A stretch of 64,000 bases of DNA from Balanoglossus misakiensis. Its lineage: Eukaryota; Animalia; Hemichordata. The position numbers were made by a program, and so were the translations under genes. The DNA lies in NCBI GenBank assembly GCA_040954595.2, contig CM082577.2, positions 20,558,303-20,622,302 of the forward strand, read 5' to 3'. The notes beneath the pieces were generated by a model. It saw nothing but the letters and a program-made list of their open reading frames with translations, was not told the origin of the DNA and ran no database searches. This document shows, piece by piece, positions 1 to 8,848 of this stretch (positions are counted from its first letter, which is position 1; each line of letters opens with the position of its first letter).

Positions 1-816
1 AAACTTCTAAATTTCTGGAAATGTTTTATTTGGTATGGTTATGAAATAATTTTCGTTTAGGAAGAATCAAATCTTAGCAACGCACGATCATGACGATAGC
101 TTCTGATGAATGCGAAGACCCGTCAGCTGACACGCAAATGCAGTCAAAACATAAAATTCAACATTGAAAACAGAACCGCGAGATGCCTCGTGTGTCTATT
201 CTGTCACCTCGTCTGAGAAAACATTAAAATTCCCGAGAAATAATAACACGAAATCCTATTTGGCTGCCGTGTAAACATTGCGTCCGTTTGACACCGACAC
301 AAACGTAGCATAACTCAGAGGTCAATTCTTCCATTAAAATCAATGATTTAAACACTAACCTTCCTGTTCCACAATATATCTGCAGTTTCTATGGCGCTCA
401 AATCTCACGATATGTGCAATTCTAAAGCTAAGTGGGGTATTATTCCTGTCGTTTTAGACACGAAAACTGGGCAGACGACACGACGCGAAACAGCTCGTTC
501 ACACTCAGTTGACATCGCGTGATTTCAGAGCGCGCGCAAACATATACGAAAAATTGCTACAATGTTGTACGTAAATAAACTTGCGTTGGGTTTCGAGTGA
601 AGTTTTTTACCTCACCAGACTCACCGGATAACAAGGTTTTAAATAGTGTTAACAATACCTGTGGTCTTTTTGTGAATATGTTGAAACGTCGGCAATTTTA
701 GATATAGGCCACTTCGAAAAATGACGTCTTTAGCGCTAAATTATGAATCTGAAGAATCAGGAATGAGTGTACATTAAATTGATAAATTGTTTATATAATT
801 CTTTAAACCCCTTAAC

Positions 817-819
<3 letters not shown>

Positions 820-879
<60 letters not shown>
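820..879. repeat. (TAA)20 microsatellite, the 3' tail of the adjacent minus-strand LINE
   Basis: Perfect TAA run. On the minus strand it directly follows AATAAA (tttatt at 881-886). Confidence 0.9.
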
Positions 880-1092
880 GTTTATTCCCCTTATTCTGGT
901 ACAAATAAACAAAATTAACAAAGGAGTGAAGAATACAATGGGTATAAGAGGGGACTAGAAAATAGTGTAACACTAGTCGAGTCCAGTCCCCAATATAACA
1001 TACAATTGCAGAATTTAATACAGGGCGATACTAATGCGAGTTTGTACATGAAAAACCAAATTCAGTTTGTTTTCCTTCTGAAAATACAGCAG

Positions 1093-1737
1093 TCAAGTGG
1101 ATAAATAATACTTTTTCAATTCTTTTTTTAAGCATGACTTTGATGAGACAGATTTGATATGTTGCGGAAGTTGATTCCATATTTGAGCACCATAGTATTT
1201 CACTGTATGTTGACCCACATTTGTGGCGTATTTGGGAACCAGAAGATTCCCTTTTTCTTTTGACCTTGTTGGATAAATGTGTTCAATATTAACGAAGTAC
1301 TGTGGAATTGTTAGTGGGAAGTTTTCATGAATACAATCGTAAACAAATAGTGCTACTTGATACTCATGTTGCCTATATATATCAAATATTCCCAACCTAT
1401 TAAATAATGGAGGTGTGTGTTCGAGTCTCTCCGAGTGTGTGAGTGTACGTATTACCCGTTTTTTAAGTAAGATGTATTGGCTTCAAATGGGATTTTTAAG
1501 CATTTCCCCAAACTTCTAAAGCATACAATATATGAGGCAAGACGAAACAGTTGTAAAGTAATAACAAGATAATTTTGGGAACAATGTATTTCATGGTGTA
1601 AAGTATGCCTGCCTTTTGGCTAACCGTTCTATTGATTTTAGCTATATGTTCTTTCCAGGTAAGCCTATTATCCAGGACAGTCCCAATGTACGTCGTGGAT
1701 TGTACTTCAACAATAAGCTCTTCCTTTATGTAAAGTG
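1093..1737 (-). pseudogene. RT C-terminal/thumb fragment of the CR1/L2-group LINE, disrupted near 1400-1500
   Basis: ORF-track peptides 1093-1395 and the distal part of 1496-1900 are consecutive pieces of one LINE ORF2 end. Confidence 0.75.
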
Positions 1738-1971
1738 ATCCCCTGGATGACTGGAGTATTTTTATCCCGAAAAAATTGTCCAAATAGCACTTATAAGGCA
1801 AGTGAGATGAAAAAAATATGGTTTGTTTTGTTCTGCAAAAAGTGGACTCAATACTTAAGCCTTTGGATATACTGGTGCTGGTATTTGGACAAACTTCCAA
1901 GGTATTTTGGAGATTTGTTGAGTTTTCAAATCTTCCTTTTTTGCCACGTCACCCGGCAGGGCGTCGCCAAT

Positions 1972-3933
1972 ATGGCTGCCCTGCCTGGCTCGCCAGGTGC
2001 TCGTCAGCGGAGTGAAAGGCCTATATGTCGGACTTCTTCAAAGACTGCCTCCAGATTGAATACAATATGTATTACCGATGAAGATTACTCGCCCATTCAG
2101 TTAATAAGAGCCGTGAAAGAGAAAACTGGACAGAGCAGTGTCATTGCATGTGTGAAAGTCAACGGACTCTGGCAAATGACACTACAAGACAATGAAGACA
2201 CTGAACTGGTGCTGGATGAGGGCTTTGCTGTTGACGGAAGTCCCGGTCCTGTCGATGTTCAAGGCCTAGTGCGTAATTTGTTAACTGTTTCTTTTTTCAA
2301 CGTTCCTGCGTACACAACAGATGATGAAATAACGGATAAATTAAAAGAGTATGGATGTACCATCAGAGGACCAGTCGTGAGGAAATACTACGAAGAGGAA
2401 CCTGAGGTAGAGACAGGAACACGATTCGTACGTATTGAATTGCCGGTATCAGTAAAATCTCTTCCCTATGCTGTCAAGTTTGAATGTAATGGTCCCTATG
2501 TTCGATTGTTACATTCTAATCAATCTAAAGTCTGCAACTATTGCTTGGATTCTTCGCACCTTATATACAACTGCCCGAAATATGAATGCAAACGCTGCCA
2601 TGAAAAGGGTCACCTAGAACGTGCCTGTGGAAATTACAGATGTTATAAATGTGACAGAGTCGGCCATAAGGCAAAGGAATGTGAAGCTAAAATATATGGT
2701 GATGGGGATGTAGACGATATTATCCAACAATATTCTGATGAAGAGGAACAAGGTGAGGATCACGCAATCGACTCGGAACAGGTAAATGAAGTAAGGGAGC
2801 ATTCGTTTTTTACAGGGAGGGGGGGGGGGGGGGGCCGGTGGAATTTGAGTCGCCGACTAAATGTAAAAGGCAACCCCCCCCCCCCCTGGAAATTACTTTT
2901 CTAAAATGTGACCCCCCCCCAAAAAAAAAAAGTTTATCCACCGGATTAAACTTATCATGGATACAGCGCTCCCATGAAAAGAATTTGAAACCGATGTTTC
3001 CTCTCATCAGTGGGTAGTAAAACTGAACATTTTTTTTGTTAGTATTTGTATTCTGTGTTGGGAGACATTGTAAACCGAGAATTGAAGGGGGTGGGTTTGG
3101 GAGGGGGTGTCCCCCTCCCACGTAAGAAAATTTTATAAAATACAGAGCTCAAAGCTGCATTTTAATGAACCCAGCAAAAGCAAATTAACGTCGCCGGTCA
3201 AAGTTATCATGGGGTGGGGGCAAGTCCCCTGACCTGGGACACTAGATAAACCAGTCAATGATTGTAAGGTGTTGATGAATGGAGGGGGTGGGTGTGGGAG
3301 GGGGTGTCCCCCTCCCACATTAGAAAATTTTGTAAAATAAAGGACGCGAAACTGCATTTTTGTGGACTCAAAATAAATATTTAGCCGTCAAAGTTTTCAA
3401 GTCCCCCCCTTTCAGTCCCTATATAATAATCCCTTGATTATAAAATTTGTCCCCCCCTAAAAACTGCTTTGTAAAAGTAAACCCCCCCCTGATTTCCACC
3501 GCCCCCCCCCCCCCTCCCTGTAAAAAACGAATGCTCCCTAACTGAAAACCCAACCACGGACATTGGAAGTGAACAACAAATAGCAGAACAATGCAGTGTA
3601 CAGGAACAAGCAAGCGACGTGCAAGCTGAGGAACAGCAAACATCAGCAGATGAGCGGCTGCAGGATCATGGAGAGGACATTTCAGTACACCAAACAACAA
3701 CAGTAGCAGAACAGGAACAAAGTCAACAAACCAGTGAAATGGACGTAGATGAAACAGCATTTGCAAACTGCCAGGTTAAACGCCGCAAATCAGATGACAT
3801 GAACCTTAAAGACACTGAGCCTCAAGCCAGCAAAACAGGTAGACCCTCGAAAAAACGTTTTACACCAAAATTAGTTGAACGAAAAAAGCCTAAAAAAGAT
3901 GATAAGGATAAACAAACATGCACTAGTAAATAA
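1972..3933 (+). pseudogene. Tx1 ORF1 (gag-like, three CCHC zinc knuckles) interrupted by a MITE
   Basis: Starts MAALPG at ATG 1972. Knuckles CNYCLDSSHLIYNC, CKRCHEKGHLERAC, CYKCDRVGHKAKEC. Removing 2795-3541 restores one frame (..QVNEV|TENPTT..VQAEEQQ..CTSK*). Confidence 0.9.
2795..3538. mobile_element. Non-autonomous DNA transposon (PIF/Harbinger, Tourist-like MITE), 744 bp
   Basis: TIR gggagcattcgttttttacagggagggggg... / ...cccccctccctgtaaaaaacgaatgctccc. TAA target duplication at 2792-2794 and 3539-3541. No transposase ORF. Confidence 0.88.
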
Positions 3934-3935
3934 CA

Positions 3936-6900
3936 ATGTATTGTACTGTTAACATCTGCCCTCTCCTCCTGGTTGTCACCATGGTTGTTATAAGTTCTGT
4001 TAACGCTAATGGCCTTTCCGATTTACACACATTCGATCATGTTCTGCAATTTTGTAAAAATAGCCACCATGACGTCATCTGTTTTCAGGAGACCTTCTGG
4101 GACAATCAGATCGCTCTCCACATTCATAACAAAATTGCTCCTGATTTTCATTTCTTTTATAATAATTGTAAAGATCCTGCAAGGAGGAGAGGGGTAGCAA
4201 TACTTGTGAGAAAACGGTCAAAGGTCAAAATTCTTGGTCATCGATGCGACTCTGCTGGAAGAATTATTTCCATACAAATTCAGGTTTCTCATCACAATAT
4301 TAATATCATCAACATTTACTCTCCTAATCAACCGCATCTCCGTACGCAGTTTTGGAAGGATCTTTCTCATTTTTTTCTCGATGATTACGTGCATGTTGTT
4401 ATTGGTGATTTTAATACTAAAATTAATCCTTACCTTGATCAATCCAACAGTGTTTTAAACCATGCTGATCCTTCTCGGAAACATTTGCTCAACCTCATCA
4501 CACACTTTTCCCTTGTAGACATCTGGCGCAAACAACATCCTCACGCCAGAGGAAGTACTTGGCAACGGTATCTCCATGGCAATCTCCGGCAGAGTCGCAT
4601 TGATTATGCTCTCATACATGAAAGCATTGTCCACATGTGTCAAAGTTCGCATATCATGCATTTTCCCTATAGCGACCATGAACTTATCCAGTTCAAATTC
4701 AATTTCCATAACTCGCCTCGTGGTCCGGGAGTCTGGGCTCTCAATAAAAATCTCTTGAGGGATGAAGTTTATGTCAATAATATTTTGGATATCATTAAAA
4801 AGTCTAAATTTGACCTCAATTATACAAGTAATAAAATTCAGTGGTGGGGGTTTTTAAAACATAATATTCGTAGATATTCCCAGAAGTATGCAAAACAGCA
4901 GGCAAAATTGAGGCGCCACTTGAAGAAAACCTTAGAGAAAAAACTAAAATGGGAACTTAACAAAGCTAACCGTTTCACCGACTATGATCTTACTAATGCA
5001 CATATCATTCAGGAAGACCTTGACAACATTATTTCCTTAGAAACCCAGGGGGCCTTAATCCGTTCCAAGATCCAGTGGTATGAGGAGGGTGAGAAATCCA
5101 CTCGGTTTTTCTTTAACCTAGAAAAGTCTAAGCAGGAAAGAAAATGCATCAAATCACTAATTACTGACAACAATGAAAATCTCACTGACATTACTGATAT
5201 AATCTCAGAAGCTCATACATTTTACTCTAAGCTTTATAACAATGAGCCTTGTGATCTTGCACTTCAAGATACTTTTCTTGGTTACATCACAAATACTGTT
5301 TCTGATGAGGAGTGCGCTGCCGCCGATTCAGAGTTTTCGGTAGAAGAGGTGACTTTTGCCCTCTCTAAATGTATTCATAATAAAAGCCCAGGCGCTGATG
5401 GTTTACCGTACGAGTTTTATCTTCACTTTTGGGAAGATATCAAAGAGGATTTGCTTGACATTTTCAACTGTATTTTCTCCAATAACATTCTCCCTGATGA
5501 GTGGAAAACTGGTCTTATTACTTTAATCCCTAAAGCAGACTGTGACCCCCGTTACATTAAAAATTGGCGTCCTATAACCCTCCTCAACTGTGATTACAAA
5601 ATTCTTGCTAAAACACTCGCCATTAGGCTCAATAGAATTATGCCCTCCATTGTCAGCCCGGATCAAACTTGCTGTGTCCCAGGTCGTGATATTGTGGACA
5701 ATGTTTTCTGTATGAGAGATCTCATTCATCATGTTGAATCCAGTAACTGTCCAGGTGCTATTCTGAAATTTGATCAGATGAAAGCCTTTGATCGTGTTGA
5801 TCACAAGTATCTGCTTAACACACTGAGGGCGTTCAGGTTCGGTGACAACTTTGTTAAATGGATTTCCATACTGTACAACCAGGTTATGAGTAATGTAAAA
5901 ATTAACGGGTTTTTGTCTGACTCGGTGTTAATTAAACGAAGTGTCAGACAAGGGTGCCCGCTGTCAGCAATGTTGTACGTGCTGTCAGCTGAGCCTCTAA
6001 ATGCCGCTATTCAGCGTAACCACATCATTCATGGTATTCAAATTCCTGGCAGTACTGTATCTTCCTTAGTTTATCAACATGCTGATGATACCACACTTAC
6101 CGTTAGCGATGACCATTCTATCCGCGAAGCGTATCAGGTCTTTTGTGATTATGGTAAAGCTTCTGGGTCAAAGGTTAATTTGAACAAAAGTGCACTGATG
6201 TGGATAGGAATCAATAGAGGGCGTACTGACGGCCCCTTACCTGTCAAGCTTCAACCGGATGGCATGGTCATTCTTGGTGTCATGTTGAGTCATGACAAAT
6301 CAGTTGCTGATGATTTCAATTGGGCTCAGCGCATTCCAAAAATCTGTAGAATTCTGAAATCTTGGTCATTTCGTAAATTGTCCTACAAAGGGAAAACCCT
6401 CATTATCAACTCCCTTGTTACGTCTACTCTGTGGTACCGGGCATCTGTTGTTTCTTTGCCTCAGCAACACATACAAATTTTGAATGAGCACATCTGTAAT
6501 TTCTTCTGGAGCAAAGGTCATCACAGGGTGAAATATGATGTCATCACTTCCGACATTCAAGATGGGGGACTTAAAGTCACAAATATTCAAGACAAAGTGC
6601 ATGCACTTCGTCTCAAGTGGTTGTGTAAATTGCTGGATAAAGATTATGTTCACAAATTCAAGCTGTTTTTCACCTACAACTTAAATAAGCATCTCGATCT
6701 CAATTGTGGTGTTGACACTTTTAAAATGTTACTTTATCCTACCAACTTACGTCAGTGTTCTAATTTCTACAGGGAATTAATTCAGTCTTGGTCGCATCTT
6801 TTCAAGTATTCACGTGCACAACCAGTTTCCTACGATGAAATTATCAATGAACCCATTTTTCACAACCCCTTCATTACAAGTGTTGAAGGGTGCCCTCTGC

Positions 6901-7840
6901 CGATCATAAAACTTTTCAGTTCAGCTGGCATTGTCAAAATCAGGGATTTGTTATACGAGGTCATTCCTGGGTTCTTACCTGTTGATGCAATTGTTGACAT
7001 GGTTTCATTGGCCCATCCTGACACTCCCACAAGCAATACTGTTGAGAAGCAGTACCATATTATCCTCAATTCAATTCCTCAAAAGTGGCATGATATTCTA
7101 CAGGGTAATTACACAGATTATAACAAAGTGGACAAAAACCCGTCTCTCTTTATTGTTAATGCTCATGATCAACGTGTTCCTTTCCATTCTCTTAAGGTTA
7201 GACACATTTCTACAATAGCTCGGCATCTGAGAAAAACAGTGCCCACGGGTGTTCAGTATTGGCTTTTCCACCTGCCAAACTTTGATTTTAGTAAGGTTTG
7301 GCCAATTGTTTACACAAATTTCAAGGATAATTACCTGGGTGATCTGGATTATCTCATTTGTCACAACGCTGTTTTTAGTAATCTTCGTCTTTATAAAGCA
7401 GGCAAAATCCTCAGTCCGACTTGTGACTTCTGCACATTTTTCCCGAAGACGTGTACCATTTGTTTGTGTGCTGCCAGACAATTCAATCCTTGTGGCAACT
7501 TGTTTTTGAGTTTATCTACAGTGCCAGTAATGTAAATAAGTTTAACCCAACAGATAGAATTCTAATGATGTTATTTGGTTACCCTGTCAAGGATGACAAG
7601 TACGAGTACATGCTGATCAATATTTTATTGTCACTTTCACGTTATACAATTCATAGTAGAAGATTAGCATACAAGCGTTGTACTCGGAAAATCGACTTGA
7701 TCAAGTTCTTTAAGTACAAATTAAAACAGAAAATCACTTTTGAATATAACAGGTACAAAGCCGGTGATATTGTTGCGCTATTTGAAAGCATCTTTGCACA
7801 AAACAATGTACTTGTAATGGTAAAATCGTTGTTAATCTGA
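3936..7840 (+). pseudogene. Tx1 ORF2 (APE endonuclease, RT, C-terminal CCHC), near intact. 1-nt frameshift near 7437-7441 and a rearranged extreme C-terminus
   Basis: EN motifs QET, GDFN, SRID, SDH. RT motifs KSPGADG, NWRPITLLN, KAFDRV, VRQGCPLS, HADD. The 1199-aa ORF (3936-7535) continues in another frame (7451-7840). The T-run is one base shorter than in copies 2 and 3. Confidence 0.9.
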
Positions 7841-8472
7841 CCGATTTGGTGCCATCCGGACTGAATACTTACGCTTTTGGATATAACAGGTGCAAAGCAA
7901 GCGATGATGTTGCTCTATTTGAAAGCATCTTTGCACAAATCAGTGTACTTGTAACGGTAAAAGATTTTGACTTTACCTTCCATTTTTAAACAGTCTTTTT
8001 GTCTATGTTGTCAACTTCAGTTGAACCTGGCGCCCTCTGGTGTTACATACCATCTTTTTACTGGTAATTGTTCCTGTAATTAAATTGTATCTCACAATTC
8101 TATGACAGATTGGAGTAGGACTTACATAAATGATGGAATGCTGTAATGCAATATTGTGAATTTAAAGATTGTTTATATTGAATGACGTGATTACACATGC
8201 ATTCATTCCAGTGTATGATTTTTCATCAATATTGTAATGATTTGCAATAGTAGTAGAATTTATGACAATATTTAATATGAATCTTTCACTGTAATTACAA
8301 GCTACTTGTAATGTACAATCTATTTTAACAGGGCAAGCCAGTGGGCCTGTCCTTTTTAATAAAAGATAAAAAAAAAGCCGGTTCTCGTCTGATCACCGAA
8401 GCAAACCTGCGTTGGGCGTAGTTAGTACTTGGATGGGAGACCGCCTGGGAATACTACGTGCTGTAGGCTTCA

Positions 8473-8478
8473 TTTTTT
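8473..8478 (+). terminator. Pol III oligo(dT) terminator (representative; present after each 5S gene)
   Basis: T-run 2 nt downstream of ...gtaggctt (T6 in this unit; length varies between units). Confidence 0.85.
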
Positions 8479-8698
8479 CCCAACTTTTCCATTAAAGAGT
8501 AGCCTGATGGATAACATTTTTGTCGCAAGTGTCCGTTTCTTCCTTTTCTGAAAGTGCCTGAATTCTAAAACCACTTTTTGCAGAACAAAACAAACCATAT
8601 TTGTTGATCCTACTTGCCTTATAAGCTATGGAAGGTCGATCGGTTACCCACAAAAATAAGCCAAGTCGGACTATGTGTTCAATGGTGTAGGATTCAGG

Positions 8699-8704
8699 TT
8701 TATA
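8699..8704 (+). promoter_or_regulatory. TATA-like element at -30 to -25 of the 5S gene (representative)
   Basis: TTTATA 30 nt upstream of nt 1, the position known for upstream elements of invertebrate 5S genes. Confidence 0.55.
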
Positions 8705-8728
8705 GTAGGAGAAATTCAACCATCTTTC

Positions 8729-8848
8729 GCCTACGGCCATACCACGTAGAATAAGCCGGTTCTCGTCTGATCACCGAAGCAAACCTGCGTTGGGCGTAGT
8801 TAGTACTTGGATGGGAGACCGCCTGGGAATACTACGTGCTGTAGGCTT
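8729..8848 (+). rRNA. 5S rRNA: 5S rRNA gene (first complete copy)
   Basis: 120 nt. Helix I gcctacggc/gctgtaggc, helix II ccacgtag/ctgcgttgg, and cgtagt/actacg all pair. Confidence 0.97.
8778..8825 (+). promoter_or_regulatory. 5S internal control region (box A, intermediate element, box C), representative
   Basis: nt 50-97 of the gene. Box C tggatgggagaccgcc is canonical; box A agcaaacc is divergent. Confidence 0.75.

Larger units (their letters stand above)
820..1737 (-). mobile_element. 5'-truncated CR1/L2-group (Crack/Daphne-like) non-LTR retrotransposon
   Basis: RT C-terminal peptides (YIGTVLDNRLTWKEHI...YNCFVLPHILYALEVWG; YPTRSK..NLLVPK..YYGAQIWNQLP), a 3'UTR stem-loop ggggactag...ccagtcccc (950-991), AATAAA and a (TTA)n tail. 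The subclade is assigned by motif recognition only. Confidence 0.8.
1844..8376 (+). mobile_element. 5S rDNA-specific Tx1-clade non-LTR retrotransposon, copy 1 (5'UTR truncated, disrupted)
   Basis: 5'UTR similar to copy 3, ORF1, ORF2, 3'UTR, AATAAA and a short poly(A) joined to 5S nt 27 (gccggttctc) at 8377. Confidence 0.93.

Noticed and set aside
1-819. Possible DNA transposon remnant (taaaccccttaactgg resembles a piggyBac-type end)
   Set aside because: No partner TIR, exact TTAA junction or ORF within the window.
767-958. Poly-Asn ORF
   Set aside because: Translation of the (AAT)n LINE tail.
1735-1971. N-terminal extension of ORF1 in the ORF track
   Set aside because: It runs through rearranged spacer and 5'UTR sequence. 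The conserved start in all copies is MAALPG.
4009-7509. Short overlapping and antisense ORFs within ORF2, conserved among copies
   Set aside because: Conservation follows from nucleotide near-identity of the copies. No independent evidence of coding.
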